From: Eledone cirrhosa
Taxonomy: Eukaryota
Length of the DNA stretch: 64,000 bases
Assembly: GCA_964016885.1 (NCBI GenBank)
Contig: OZ024742.1
Location: 344,968,001 to 345,032,000 of the forward strand
Direction of reading: 5' to 3'
The translations under genes were made by a program, and so were the position numbers. The notes beneath the pieces are model-generated. The model did not search any database, was not told the DNA's origin, and saw only the letters and a list, made by a program, of their open reading frames with translations. Shown in pieces: positions 1 through 13,759 of this stretch. Numbering within the stretch: the stretch's first letter is position 1; every line of letters begins with the position of its first letter.

Positions 1-2
1 CA

Positions 3-250
3 GAGTGCAGCGCAACCTACATTGGACAGACTGGACGTCGCCTGGCGGATCGGTTCACAGAGCACCTCTGCGACATTCGTCTCTGGGGGAGTTCTCCCAT
101 CACCCGCCACTTTGGCTCCCCTGGACATTCCTCCCACGTCCTCACCGTCTGTGGCCTGATCCAATGCCATGGGACACCCGCCACCCGCCTTACGGTCGAA
201 CAACACACCATCTTCACCCTACACACCCATACCCCCCCGGCCTGAACTCC
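3..250 (+). mobile_element. Penelope-like element (Neptune-type) GIY-YIG endonuclease C-terminus, cut by the window edge; C/A-rich 3' region continues to ~1420
   Basis: Frame from nt 3 reads ECSATYIGQTGRRLADRFTEH...PITRHF...VEQHTIFTLHTHTPP, with GLN one frame over: YIG, catalytic R and E, and the P-x-GLN ending typical of PLE endonucleases. Not in the ORF track in this frame. Confidence 0.85.
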
Positions 251-1274
251 CCACTCCTATTCCTTAAGCCTTCGACCGCCCCCCCCCCACACATCCCCCA
301 TTAATACCACTAACACACTTCTCAGTTTCACCGCCCCACCCCCTTGGCCCACCCCACGACTAATAATACTAACTCCCCCAACCCACCTTCCCCCTCACCC
401 ACACACACGATAACACACCATCACACATACACCCACCCACACCTACGTACACACCTATACACCACCCACTCCACACACCGATACACCACCCACTCCACAA
501 GCCCAACCACCACAAACCCCCACTTACACACCCGCATTCAACCCCTTCCCCACCACCAGTAATACAAACACCCTCTCTACCACATATACACTCATATCCA
601 AATACGCACACACACACCAGTACAATACACTCCCTCCTCCGTCCCCAACACCTCTTCTCTCCCCGCTCCACATACACCCCCTCACACACATCCCACTAAC
701 ACCTCCACTAATATACACACCAATCCGCCACACCACCACCTTCTCCCTCCAACTTTCACACCTATCCCTCCTCTCCCCTGTCCACCGCACCTCCGCACAC
801 ACAGACACACAGTCCATACCACATGCAAACCCTTTCTTTACCTCTCATCCTCCTCTACTGCTATCTCTTCACCCTGTCTTGACCCTCTGACCACTTCCTG
901 TTGCGTGCGCACCCCACATCTCTCCACTTCCGCACTACCACACCAGGATTTCACACCACCGGTCATCGTTCCAGCTATCCATTCTACGACACGTGGAATC
1001 TCCAACATCTGGTCTCACACTCCATGGAAATAACTTGGGAACATACACACGAACAAACACATTATTTTCCAACCACGCCACCTACATCCACACCACATAT
1101 AAACACAAACACACACGTGCGTATCCCCACATACACACTCTCAGCCTCCGGACTCTACACAGCCACCCCCCACCCCTTACCATCCACACCGACTTACACC
1201 CCACCCCACCTACTCACCGGTTTCCCTTTTACCTGATCATGGAACCTCGTTCTTCCCCCCAACTCTCACATTTA

Positions 1275-1305
<31 letters not shown>

Positions 1306-1589
1306 GTACACCTACACCCATACACAAACACCATCTTCATCCCTCCCCGCTCGGACCCCCCACCTGCTTCTCCTCTCTCCACCACTCCCCCTACCACCAC
1401 CCCTACACGCCTCACACCCTTTCACCACTTGTTTATTTTTATTTTTATTTGTATTTTAAAAAGATTGGAGATATGGAAACCTTCGTTTTCACTTTCAAAA
1501 CAACATTCATCGTCGGACGAAATTTCAGAAATATAAACATCAGATTCATTTGAAGATAAATCACTAATATTATTGTTTGTTTCTTGTTT

Positions 1590-2412
1590 ATTCATTAAGA
1601 CTAACTTCCAACATGCGTGCAAGATTGCATGGGGACCCTCTGTCATCAACATTTTCTGGAGACATTCTTACAATAGGAGATGGTAACCTACCTCCGGATA
1701 CAGATGGACACATAGAAATTGATCACATCTGCAATGTAGTTGAAACTGTCGATGATCTCAAGGCGAGTGTATTCCCGAATTTGCGTGATAACTATACGAA
1801 TCTTGATTGGCTATGCGAAAGAGCCATTCTTGCACCCACAAATATCACGGTTAGCTGTATTAACGATCAGCTCCTTCATCTTCTTCCTGGATGTCCACGG
1901 ATATATAAATCTATATATGTGATCCACAGGATGCGGTCAATTATCCAGTTGAATTTTTAAATTCTTTAAATCCTCCCACTTAACCTCATAATACATTAGT
2001 TCTAAAAGAGGGAACGCCAGTTATTTTGCTGAGAAATATCACTCCTCCAAAACTATGCAATGGTACACGCCTTGTGGTTAAAAAACTCTCCACTTAGTAT
2101 TGACGCTACCATTCTATCCGGATGTGGAAAAGGCGAGGATGTGATAATAACAAAAATTAGCTTAACTACATCTACGTGGATACTCCCTTCTCCTTTCGCC
2201 GAACCCAATTTCCCCTTCGTGTTGCCTTTGCGATGTCCATAAACAAGTCGCAAGGTCAAACTCTGTCCGTCGCTGGAATTCACTTGGATGAACCTTGCTT
2301 TTAGCACGGACAATTCTACGTTGCCTGCTCACGAGTTGGCAGTCGAGATAAGCTCTTTGCGTTTGTTCCGAAAAGAAAAACAAAGAATATCGTCTATCCT
2401 GAAGTGCTTTAG
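1590..2412 (+). mobile_element. Helitron RepHel PIF1-type helicase C-terminal remnant (frameshifted)
   Basis: LTSNMR and RAILAPTN (ORF 1577..1960), then LKEGTPVILLRN, LCNGTRL, FPLRVAFAMSINKSQGQTL, HGQFYVACSRV and VYPEVL* across frames. Confidence 0.9.
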
Positions 2413-3382
2413 TGTTAACAAAAAAACTTATTATAGCTCTGCCTAGACTTCACCTTACTCATTACAAAACATACCAATGACTATGTCACGCAGTATATTT
2501 TGGATTATAAGTTCAAAATTTAATCATACACAGCAAAGGATGCTCTCAAAGAATAGATTTTCTCTTATTCTACTCTCATTGTTTTTTTTTGTTTGTATAC
2601 AACTCTGCTTTCATTACAACTTTATATACTTTAGCAAAACTGCACTGTTTTTTACAGATTTGCAACGTGTATTGTCTTTAATCATTTGTATAACTACATC
2701 TTGTTTAGTGTTTTCCTTCATTATCAGCATAGTTTTATGTGTACAAAGATTGCACTAAATATTCGTTTGCATTATTTATTGAAGACTTCTGCTTACTTTG
2801 ACAGGTTGGGGACAAATAATTTTCTTCTTTTACTTCCTAGGTGTATATTCTTTTATGGAGGAAAACTCTGCATTTCAATTTTACTCAATGTAAAATGTAA
2901 TGCATGAAAAATTGGAAAACATTATGTTTTGTAATATATCAAATCAAAATTACATTATTAAATCTTAATTTTATTTTGTTTCTTGTAAATAATTTTTTTC
3001 AAAGTATCAATTCAAAAGTTAATCATTTCACTTTTGTGTAAAGCATTATTTTCAAATTAGAAATTAAAAGTTACAATACTCAAGTTATGGGCTTCCCAAA
3101 TTTTCACTATAGGGGATTTAACTCCCATTAGGGTGTCTTAGTATTATTGAAATTTGCTGAAATTTTGTGAATAGGCATCATATCTTGTCATTTACGTATG
3201 GTTTAAATTTCATATATGTCGAAGGGAAAAATTGTTAGCGGGGAACCCTTTGATTAAAATAATTAATACTTATCCAAGTACCCAGGGCAATGTAGTTTCA
3301 GAATATATATGGTTATGGGGGTCTATATCCAAAACCATACGAGGCGTTCGTGAACAAACAAACAAACACACAGGAACTACAA

Positions 3383-3508
3383 CTTAGCGGATCCGCTAAG
3401 GTGAAACAATTGTTCTCGGTATGGTGAACTAACTGTTGTGTAACCACTTCTACCTCACTCGTCCCATGGACTGAGTGCTCAACCACTACGGATATTACCT
3501 TCCACCTC
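3383..3508 (+). mobile_element. PLE-type terminal fragment: 3' half of a hammerhead-like motif plus tail, abutting (TA)n
   Basis: Palindrome CTTAGCGGATCCGCTAAG followed by GT-GAAAC-AATT-GTT, the same GAAACAATTGT core seen at 4.0 and 12.8 kb; the CUGANGA half is missing. Confidence 0.5.
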
Positions 3509-3544
3509 TATATATAAATATATATATATAAATATATATATATA

Positions 3545-3576
<32 letters not shown>

Positions 3577-3604
3577 AATATATATATATATAAATATATA
3601 TATA

Positions 3605-3636
<32 letters not shown>

Positions 3637-3710
3637 AATATATATATATAAATATATATATATAAATATATATATATAAATATATATATATATAAATATA
3701 TATAAATATA
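3509..3710. repeat. (TA)n microsatellite with periodic AAA interruptions
   Basis: Direct reading. Confidence 0.97.
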
Positions 3711-4255
3711 CACAGTTCAAGAGTAACCAATCTTAAAGAGAGAGATGGAGATAGGAGAGGAGATAGGGGACGAGAGATCGGTGACTTGGTTAGAAGCCAA
3801 AGCGTAAAGGCATGTGCTCAATGTGCAATATGCAGTGGAAGGCAGCTAGGTGGCTGGGTTCATGCAGAGGTTATGTGCACAGAGCTGGAAATATTCATTA
3901 GTTAAGCAAAACAAGACCACATATTTCACAAGGAAGACATTATTAAAAGATTGTCAACATATTTTAGTTTGATGTAAGGAATGTAGAGAATAATAATAAT
4001 ATTAATAATAATAATGTCCGTTTACAATTGTTTCGCTACTCCATATAATATTTCTGGATCAAATGATTATATATAATTATTGATCTGGTTCAGTTGAACA
4101 TAATTAACATAGGTAGAAATAGAGCAGCTCATCGGAGCTTCAAAAAGAATATAAATTAAAATTTATGTAACATTTATGTAAAATTTAAGTAACATTCTTT
4201 TAATAATGTCTTCCTTGTGAAATCTGTGGTCTTGTTTTGCTTAACTAATGAATAT
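3711..4255 (-). mobile_element. Inverted-arm plus tail module in (TA)n containing a hammerhead fold (probable PLE terminus with 5' inversion)
   Basis: 60-bp inverted arms at 3891-3950 and 4196-4255 (1 mismatch), hammerhead core between them, ~180-bp tail at 3711-3890, (TA)n on both sides. Confidence 0.75.
4019..4139 (-). ncRNA. Type-I hammerhead ribozyme-like motif with ~80-nt stem II extension
   Basis: Minus strand: CCGATGA, stem II GCTGCTC/GAGTAGC, GAAAC-AATT-GTA; stem I poorly paired. Confidence 0.65.
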
Positions 4256-4478
<223 letters not shown>

Positions 4479-4960
4479 TGAAAACAGGGAGAAAAAGACG
4501 ATTATTAGGAAGAAAAATATTTTTTTTCCTTTTTATTTATTTCTCTCTTTTTTTCTGGGTTAGAAAAGGATTAAAACGAAATATTTTACTTTGTGTGAAG
4601 TGTTAAGGTATTAGTTGATTTATTAATTAATTAACAATGGCATTTATTTATTTATTTATATATTTAATAATTGTCTATTGCCGGTTTCAGCATTTTTATG
4701 CATTATCAAATGATAGTGATATGTATTGATGTAGAATGGTGGTGTTGGACATGTTAAAGCAAGGGTGCAGAAAGAATAATGTTATTTACAAACAAGGTTT
4801 ATGAAGTGAAAAGAAAAAAGAAAAAAGAAAAAAAGGGACATAATGTGGAGCATAAAAAGTCAATGTGAAAGAAAAAACAATGTTATTTACAGGCATAGTT
4901 CTTGAAGTTAGGCAGATCAAAATGTGTTAATATAGCAAGGGTGCTTAGTTAATCCATGAT
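4479..4960 (-). mobile_element. 3' UTR/pLTR fragment of the same PLE family as 62620-64000
   Basis: Reverse complement of ~4820-4950 aligns with 63865-64000 (shared ACTAAGCACCCTTGCTATATTAACACATTTTGA, CACATTGACTTTT, CCACATTATG). Degenerate hammerhead-like TTGATAA-T-GCAT/ATGC-T-GAAACCGG at 4675-4716. Confidence 0.75.
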
Positions 4961-6234
4961 GGAGGCCTGTAATTTTCTGACTCCAATCAGCAAAAGAATA
5001 GTGTAATAACGAAAAAGCAGTCAACGCCATGTGTATTCTATCGTGGGTAGCACATGATGGAGTTAAATACATCAATAATACAATACGAATGCAAGATTTC
5101 ATAACGTATTAAATACGCAATATTTGGCATGAAGCCATGAAAAGAATTTGTTGCATTGGAAATAAATTTTGAGAGAAAAAAAACAACTAATTTTTGACAA
5201 GTTGTTTTTTTGTGGATTATATATAGAGCAATATACCTTATAATTTCTGATGACAATTACTCGACAATTCACAAGTAGAAATTCTTAATTACATATACAG
5301 AAATAAAACATCTAATGATGCTTGAAGATGAAGCCCGCCGAATCTTTGTGTAAACGTAAATATTAAAATTTTTCATCTGTAATAACCCCGGAACATCACA
5401 ATAGTATTGTAATAATTTCATTATAGAGATTTAGACATTTAATCAACAAAGGCTGTTTCAGTGCGTCTCCCTCACCGTCATCCGAGGCATTTCATTCTCC
5501 ATCCTGTCCCAGAGGAGAAGGGCAAGTTAGTTGATAGTGGAGGATACTCTTTTGGAAGTCACTTCTACAACTCAAGTATGTTTACAAATTCCTATCTACT
5601 TATAATTCACTAAGATCAGCTTGTGGTATTTTATATAAAAGGGATATTTACTACTTGGTGGAGACTATCAACAAAATCTTAATATGGGGGAACAAACGGT
5701 TTGTTACGAACTTGGTGGAGACCATTTGATAATTAAATCATTTCGTGTTTGTGCCCAACCTTTAGCCAGAGATAGCCGATTAAACAGACATCGGTATTTG
5801 AACGAAACTTATATTATCATCGACCTCAAATGAAAAGAAAAGTTGACATCGACGGGAATTTCAATATAGAGTAAATATATATGTAACTAAACACCGCAAG
5901 GCAATTTCTCCTCTAATTTACCAATTTCGCTTCCATCACACAAACCTCTCCCCTCTTAGAGAATCATGTTTTGTCTTTCTAGTTTTTCTCCGATTTACCA
6001 GTCAAGTGAGGTGAACATTGATTCTCCTGTTTGACAGTAACATTATATCTAAAAAATACTGATGAAATATTCTTGAGATTTGCAGAGGTCAGCCAGTGTC
6101 TGTCAATAGACTTCCTGTCTATTACAGCCATTTTACTGAGATCTGGCAACAGAATAAACTAACCGTAAAAACAGTTCCAATCGTAGAATGAAGACATTTC
6201 TTTTTGCCTTTAGTTGCTTTATGAAAGAAGCCTG

Positions 6235-7060
6235 CATATACTCACACATACACACTCACACACATACACACTCACACACAGAAATATACTCACAAATATT
6301 CACACTCATACACATACACACTCACACACAAAAATATACTCACATACATTCACACTCACACACATACACACACACAAAAACATACTCACATACATTTACA
6401 CTCACACATACACATTCACACGCAAAAACGCACTTACATACATTTACACTCACACACATACACATTCACATACAAAAACACACTCACATACATTCACATT
6501 CACACTCACACACACACACACACATATAGATTATCACACACAAATATACACTCACAAACACAAATACACACTCACATACATAATATATACACACTCACAC
6601 GCACATATACACACACACCCATATACATAAATTCACATATACACACATACTTATACATATATAGACTATTCGAAACGTATGCACACATATACACAAACAC
6701 AGATATACACAAACACATACACACAAATGCACACAAGCACACACACACACATAGAAACATACTGATATACAAACAAGCGCAATTACATACATATACACAA
6801 ATACACTCACACAAACACTCACACACAAATACACACACACACACCCACACACACACAAACACACAAATACACATACACTCAGATACACAGACACAGACAC
6901 ATACACACACAAATTCACACACACATACACACGCACACACACACAAATACACGCACACACATACACAAATAAACACACACACAGATACATACACACATAC
7001 ACAAATACGCACACACACAAATGCACACACGCACAGATACATACACACACAATCACATAT
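6235..7060. repeat. Degenerate (CA)n/(CATA)n low-complexity tract
   Basis: Direct reading. Confidence 0.95.
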
Positions 7061-7689
7061 AAAAGTAACAACGAAACTGACAATAATAATATTTTTTTAT
7101 TTTGTCTAAAAGACCAAAATATTTTGGACAATATCGAAGACGATTTAATCGATTAGGTTACTTCGATTTCTAAATATTATATCATTGACCTTTATAAGAT
7201 GCAATAAAGAAACTAAACCTGTGTGATTTGAACTCAGAATCGATCACATTGAAATGGAATGGACCTTCGTCGATTGCGTCGATGAGTATTTCAATTGTTT
7301 AATCAAGGTGAAAACCTGCTCATGAAATTAACAAGAAAGTGGCAGAGCATTTCTCAGGTATGAGTAGCAATAGTGTAGTTGGCAAGAGGAACCAGCGTTA
7401 CACAGCGTGCAACAAGTCTGGTCTTTTGAATTACAGATAACATCGAACTGACAGGCTTCAGCACAGTCTCCGTCTACCCAATTTCACTCTCAAGCCATGG
7501 GTTGAACTAAGGCTATTGTAAATGACACTTGCCTATGATACCCTTTACTGGGATCGAACCATAGATCTAAAGATTACAAAGCGAACTTCTTAATCATTCG
7601 TCGATGCCGCGTTCAAGAGCAACAACATTTCTTTGTAGCATTTCTACAAAGCCAGCAATAGTGGGGGAAGCAGAAATTGTCAATATAAT

Positions 7690-8345
7690 CGATAATAAGA
7701 TACCAGTAACACACTGGGTCGAAAGTACCAGTAAAAAAACTTGATTTTATCAAACTCGGGAAGCTGGAGGTTAAAGTTGACCTCTGTGGGATTGGAACTC
7801 GGAACGCAGAAAGTCGTAACTCAATGCCACAAAACACGTGGCCTGACGCTTTACCGATACTGCCAATACAACAACCGTGAGCAACAATAAGGGTCTCTGA
7901 TTTAGACACAAGGCCAATCATTTTAGGGGATGGAAACATTGATTAAATTGTCCCCAGTAAATTTCTGGTACTTTGTTTTGTCGATCTCGTAAGGATGAAA
8001 GGCAAAGCTAACCTCAGTGAAGTTTGAACTTAGAACTTAAAGGGGCGTAACTCTATGCCGAAAAGTATACTGTCCGTTGCTTTACCAATAATACTAATCT
8101 ACTGCCCAAGAACAACAACAATAATAATGGTTTCTGATTTAGGCACAAGGCCAACAATTTTGGGGGGGAGGAAGTTCATTAAATCTACCCCAGTACGTTA
8201 CTGGTATTTTATTTTGTCGACCCCGTAAGGATGAAAAGCGAAGCTAACCTCGGCGGCATGTGAACTCAGAATGGCGTAAAGGGCTGCAACTCTATGCCGC
8301 AAAGCATATGGTCCGATGCTCTACCGAGTCTGACTATCCACCGCC
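7690..8345 (-). mobile_element. Three adjacent degenerate tRNA-derived SINE copies (MetaSINE-like core)
   Basis: Repeated GGCACAAGGCC...CTGGTACTT...GTAAGGATGAAAGGCAAAG...TGAACTCAG, the same family as 12551 and 51539-52780. Confidence 0.75.
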
Positions 8346-8744
8346 TTTACAATAATAACAACAGTAATAGTACTGAATAATCACATGATAAAAGGATGCT
8401 AAGGCACTATCAGAGAAAACTAACTATCATTCCCTTACACCATTGCTTCCCTGAATCCAGTGTATCCTTTATCAATGCATTTATTACTAGACTTTATAAT
8501 AAAAAAAAATATCGTCCTGTTTTAAATATGGCGGCGATTAGCGTCTAGCTGTTTGAGTTTTTAAATTTTATTTTACGAGAAGAATAATAACCTAATTGCA
8601 GTTTATATCCCGAGAGCATCTATAAAATTCCTGTTTGTCTTGACTCTTAAAGAAAATTATAAAACATTTTAATGTAAATGAATTGTGTTTAACTAACTGA
8701 TCATTTATTTATGAGGCGAAGTCGCATTCTCTCTCTCCCTATCC

Positions 8745-8756
8745 GCACACACACAC

Positions 8757-8789
<33 letters not shown>

Positions 8790-8838
8790 CACACATATAC
8801 ATATCTATATATATATATAAATACACATATATACATAC

Positions 8839-8901
<63 letters not shown>

Positions 8902-8945
8902 TATATATATATGTGTGTGTGTGTGTATATATATTCATATATATG

Positions 8946-8983
<38 letters not shown>

Positions 8984-9042
8984 CATGTGTGTTTGTTTGT
9001 GCGTGTATGAGTATCTGTGTCTGTGTGTATATGTGTGTGTAT
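8745..9042. repeat. Compound (CA)n-(TA)n-(TG)n microsatellite
   Basis: Direct reading. Confidence 0.95.
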
Positions 9043-9504
9043 ATTAGATCTCCGCCGGTTTCAAAGACGAGTGTTCCAGATATCTAATGAACAGAACAGC
9101 CTCACTATGAAGTTTACGTGAAAGTGACTGAGCATTCCAAAGTACATATATGTTTAACCCGATTCTCAGAGGAGTCAGCTTGATCAGTGTGTGTGAATTA
9201 ACGACACGATTCATTACCTTCATTTGAATGGACAGGAAAACGTGAAACAAATTATCTTGAATGAAGTTTCTCTGAACATAACTTTTTCGTTGCTATTGAA
9301 AAAGTTGAAATTTCGAAATCATGGTAAAATATCTTTTGTGCTTTCAAAAATTAATCGTTTATTGCAATCACCAAGGCATAATAAGCCGATATCTCCTTAT
9401 TGAATAGTATACACATAGTTATACACAGCGTGTTTTGGCGGAGGCGTATTTAAACGTAACGGGACCCATCCCTTAGTATTTCTGAACAGTGTTGATTTCT
9501 TCCA

Positions 9505-9561
9505 CAGAGAGAGAGAAAGAGAAAAATAGCTAGAGAGAAGGGAGTGGGGGGGGATATGTAG

Positions 9562-9597
<36 letters not shown>

Positions 9598-9611
9598 AAT
9601 TGGTAGAGAGA

Positions 9612-9670
<59 letters not shown>

Positions 9671-9733
9671 TAAGTAGAGAGAATGGAGAAAGAAAGAAAG
9701 AAATTGGTAGAAAGAAGGGAAATAGATAGATAG

Positions 9734-9777
<44 letters not shown>

Positions 9778-10030
9778 ATAAGTAGAGAGAATGGAGAGAG
9801 AGGGAGAAAGAAAGAAATATGTAGAGAGAGAAAGAGGGAAATAAGTAGAGAGATGGGAGAGAAAGAGAAAGAAAGAAAGAAGTAGGATGAAGGAAGGGAG
9901 AGAGAAAGAAATAGGTAGAGAGAGAGAAAGCCATAGGTAGAAATAAGAGAGAGAGAAAGAGCGAAATAGAAAGAGAGAAAGAGAGAGAAATCGGTTGAGA
10001 GAAGGAGAGAGAGATAAAAGTGTGAGAGCA
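9505..10030. repeat. (GA)n purine-rich tract with a degenerate higher-order unit (AAATAAGTAGAGAG)
   Basis: Direct reading. Confidence 0.93.
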
Positions 10031-10750
10031 AGGGGAAGAATCGACCCTACTGTTGAATTAGCTATTTATTTTTCGATCTCGAAAGGACGAAATGCCAAGG
10101 TAACGTTGATGGAATTAGAACACAGCAAGCCAGAATACGAGGAAACAGTCAACGTTCTAGCGACTATGCCAACTCACTACCTGTTAAGTGTGACAAATAT
10201 CCTATAACCTGATACATGTATGTTTCTATTTTGTTATTCACTTTATACGCAATACGTTAAAATCATATTAAGTCCGGTAATTTTATCTCTTCTCTTGTAA
10301 ACAAAATATTTAAGAATTACATTCAAATTATTTTAAATTTATATAACTTAATATAGTATTATTTTTAATTGATACAATCTAATTCAAAACAGACGAGGCG
10401 TAAGTTATTTCTGGTTAAATGATAAATTTAATTATATTTCAAGACAACATATTTTAGAAGTAGTAGTAAAAATGCTATCGTACTTGTAAGCCGCAGTAAT
10501 ATCTGGGTAGAGTCCTTGCAATTTCAAAGTTGTTTAGCTGAATCTACAAATATCAATTTTCCTCTATTCATCCATAGTTAAGCAGAGGAGTATAAATATT
10601 AGTTTTGTTAATAGTGACACAAACTTTAAAAACAAAACAAATTTACGTCCTTCGCGAAAGGAATTTGGCTTTTAATAGACAATAGCATAAGATACTCTCT
10701 TAAGTGGGCTCTTATTATTGCGCAGAACCTGATATTAGGTGGGGTAGAAC

Positions 10751-10989
10751 TACGAGGTGTTGCTGAAAGTTCCCGGCTTTTAAACTTCATTCGGAAGTGA
10801 TCGTTGCTAAAGAGGGCTGGTTGGAGACCCAATATTCCAAGTGTTTTTTACTGGTTTTAGAAAAGCTAAAGGACCGCTGCAATAATTGCGCGAATCTGAG
10901 AGGGGAATATGTTAAACACAATCATAATTTCCTAATCCTCCCGTATTTCCTTTTACCCAAAGACAGGAACTTTTCAGCAGCCACTCGTA
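10751..10989 (+). mobile_element. Internally deleted mariner element (MITE)
   Basis: ~30-bp imperfect TIRs TACGAGGTGTTGCTGAAAGTTCC / GGAACTTTTCAGCAGCCACTCGTA with terminal TA; internal WLETQ..CF..LEKL..RC..C...RGEYV matches the mariner transposase C-terminus. Confidence 0.85.
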
Positions 10990-11354
10990 AATGCATTGTC
11001 TGATTGATGGATTAGAAATAATTACTTCAAACATTATCCTTCTCAATCCTAAAAATGAAATAATCCCTTCCTGTCCTCGAAGAATATTTTATTATTTCAT
11101 TACAAAAACTTGTACCCAAGACCCACATTTTAAAATGTTTTTATTAACATTTAGAACATTGGTATCATAATATTTACTCCACCTTTATGTTAAACTATGT
11201 AATAAAATTCATATTCAAGTTTAAATGAAATCTAATTTTTAATTCACACACACACCTACATAACTTGCCTATATTATATTCCCGAATTTATTCTTAATGT
11301 AAATTATCTCCGCTGTACTGATATCATTTCTTAGTGATTTAACTTTTATTTTAA

Positions 11355-11472
<118 letters not shown>

Positions 11473-11771
11473 TTATGCTTCCATAATTTTTAACTTAAGT
11501 TTTAATATATCTATTTATCTATATATTACTAAAATTCTGTGATTGGTTGCTTGGTTGCTTGTCTGCTATGTAATACAGCCAAAGGGGTGCATAATTGGAA
11601 AATACTTTGAAAGGAAGTTGACCCTGAAATGGGAATAAAAAATGGAATAAAACAAGTTTCATGTAATTCGGTACACGGGTTCCCGAGATATTGTGTTTTT
11701 CCGGGTACCTTCATAAACAGAGAGCTTAACAAACGGCTAAATCAGATTCGATTCTAAAAGGCAAAATGTAA

Positions 11772-12100
11772 AGGCATGTGGCTTGGTGGTTAGACTGTTC
11801 GGCTCAGAATCGAAGGCCGTTAGTTAGATTTCTGGCTATACATTGTGTCGTTGAGCAGGGCACTTTATTTTACGCTGCTGCAGACTACTCAGCTGGAGAA
11901 AAATGAGTTTTATCTGTCATTCAAAGCGTCGCTCGTCACACAATGAACTATGCCAAATATCCCCGAGAATTATGTTTAAAGTACACGTGGGTATGGAGTG
12001 CTTAGCCACTGACTCATTAATTTCATGAACAGCTTTTTGCGGTGATCGAACAACTGGTTCAACCATCATCAAAACTGACGGAAATCCATTCCATATCCGT
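11772..12100 (+). mobile_element. tRNA-derived SINE, second family (related decayed copies near 7290-7610, 9045-9200, 17548-17670, 61090-61210)
   Basis: A-box-like TGGCTTGGTGG, degenerate B-box, TTGTGTCGTTGAGCAGGGCACTTTATTT core; body complementary to the 7.3 and 9.1 kb segments. Confidence 0.6.
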
Positions 12101-12550
12101 GAAGTCTCAGCTGGCATGTAGTGAATTCACTACGCTGCTAATTAACTGTTTTCTTTTCTAAAAGCTATCGCTATGAAGCTATCGCTAAATACAAGATACA
12201 TAGAGATTCGTTTTGGTCTCTGACGGCCTCAAGAATTTGAGATGTATGAAACCTGATACTTCAGTTTACGATTCTAAATTGGAAAGATCTCTCTTGTCTA
12301 ATTGTTGCTTAGAAGAGTATTTATGTAAAACACATAAATTTCTAGCTTGACAGCCTAGCGGTGTAATATGGCAGGCCACCTCTCCTCAATCTTTATGGAC
12401 GTAGGCGCGCGCGCATACACACCCACACACATACACACACGCACACACTCACACACACACACTCATACACACACACTCATATATACATATATATATATAT
12501 ATTTATAGTCACTTATATATTATGAAATACTGTTGGCTTCTTGCTCACAT

Positions 12551-12735
12551 TAGGATTGGCAGTATCGGTAGAGGGTCGGACGCCATGCTTTCCAGCATAG
12601 TTACGTCCCTTTACGATCTGAGTTCAAATCCCGCCGAGGTTGACTTTGCCTTTCATCCTTACGGGGTCGATAAAATAAAGTACCAGTAATGCACTGGGTA
12701 ATTGCTGGCTTTGTGCCTAAAGTAGAAACAATTAA
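12551..12735 (+). mobile_element. Near full-length tRNA-derived SINE (MetaSINE-like)
   Basis: TGGCAGTATCGG A-box, GAGTTCAAATCC B-box, GCCTTTCATCCTTACGGGGTCGATAAAATAAAGTACCAG core, GTAGAAACAATT end. Confidence 0.85.
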
Positions 12736-12807
12736 TTTCTTTATTTTCATATATATATATATATAGAGAGAGATTACAATAATCAAAGTTCAGTTTAAGT
12801 CATTTAT

Positions 12808-12856
12808 TTGCTTACAATTGTTTCCTCCAAACCGAGGTTTGGATTCTTCGGAGCAA
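12808..12856 (-). ncRNA. Minimal type-I hammerhead ribozyme (PLE pLTR type)
   Basis: Minus strand: TTGCT-CCGAAGA-A-TCCAAACC-TC-GGTTTGGA-G-GAAAC-AATT-GTA-AGCAA. Stems I and II fully paired, palindromic stem III, GUA cleavage triplet, overlapping AATAAA, (TA)n ~40 nt downstream. Confidence 0.8.
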
Positions 12857-12991
12857 CTATTTACTAATCTATAACATACTTGACCTCCTTTTCAACCCAA
12901 GAGACATATAAAACATATGCGCATATTGATCAACAGTGGGGTGGCATTCATCAAATGATATAGCATGGTAATTTATATATAAAGGTTACAG

Positions 12992-13081
12992 GATAAAAAT
13001 AAAAATAAAAATAAAAATAAAAATAAAAATAAAAATAAAAATAAAAATAAAAATAAAAACAAAAATGAAAATAAAAATAAA
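12992..13081. repeat. (TAAAAA)n hexamer repeat
   Basis: Direct reading. Confidence 0.95.
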
Positions 13082-13759
13082 CATGAAGCGTTGGCAGTCT
13101 ATGAAGATAAAGCAAGAGGAAAGTTTAGAGTAGTCAGTGTATGAAACAATCTCACGTGTAGCATGCACGCGTGTCTTATTTATACATGATTAGAGTGCGT
13201 CAGAATGATATTTGCAGGGTCAGGCGGTTGAAGCAGGCAATCGATCTTATGTGGGCTGAATTATTAAGTCATTTATTCGCATACATCTGTATGATATACA
13301 GTCCCGGATGCAGGGAAACACCAAAATATCAAAAATGTTCAACATATTATAAACCTTATTGTATCGTAGGCAAAGCGGTACCACTGTCTTCGCTCACACC
13401 ACCACTCACATAATCCATGAGACGCAATATATAGAACACGTGTCTATCGTATAATTCACGATGGTTCAGCATATAATCAAGTTATAAACCGCATCTTGTC
13501 GGTTCTTAATTAATAGATCATGTTGTTTAGATTCCGGAAGTGTCTGAATGACTAAGGGGAATTAAAGCGTAAGGAGAGGTAACTAGCTGGTTTTCTTAGT
13601 TAAATTTATTATCCTAAACTACATTAATGGTGATTCAAATATGTGCCTATCATATGAAGTTATAACTAATTTCTAGAGTATGTTTCCCATTTCTAGGTTA
13701 GAGAGCTGTCCATTAAGAAGTACAAGGGTGTATATATTAGGATGATTACCTTCCATTAA

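Noticed and set aside
344-1420. Multiple H/T/P-rich or V/C/G-rich ORFs
   Set aside because: Translations of C/A-rich low-complexity PLE 3' sequence; no domain motifs.
2412-3385. Helitron 3' terminus
   Set aside because: No convincing subterminal hairpin plus CTRR end could be placed; the (CAAA)n run at ~3350 is only suggestive.
5425-5580. GC-richer exon-like segment ending in GTATGT
   Set aside because: No recognisable protein and no consistent acceptor or frame.
12551-12640. tRNA gene
   Set aside because: A and B boxes are present but there is no cloverleaf; it continues into a SINE body.
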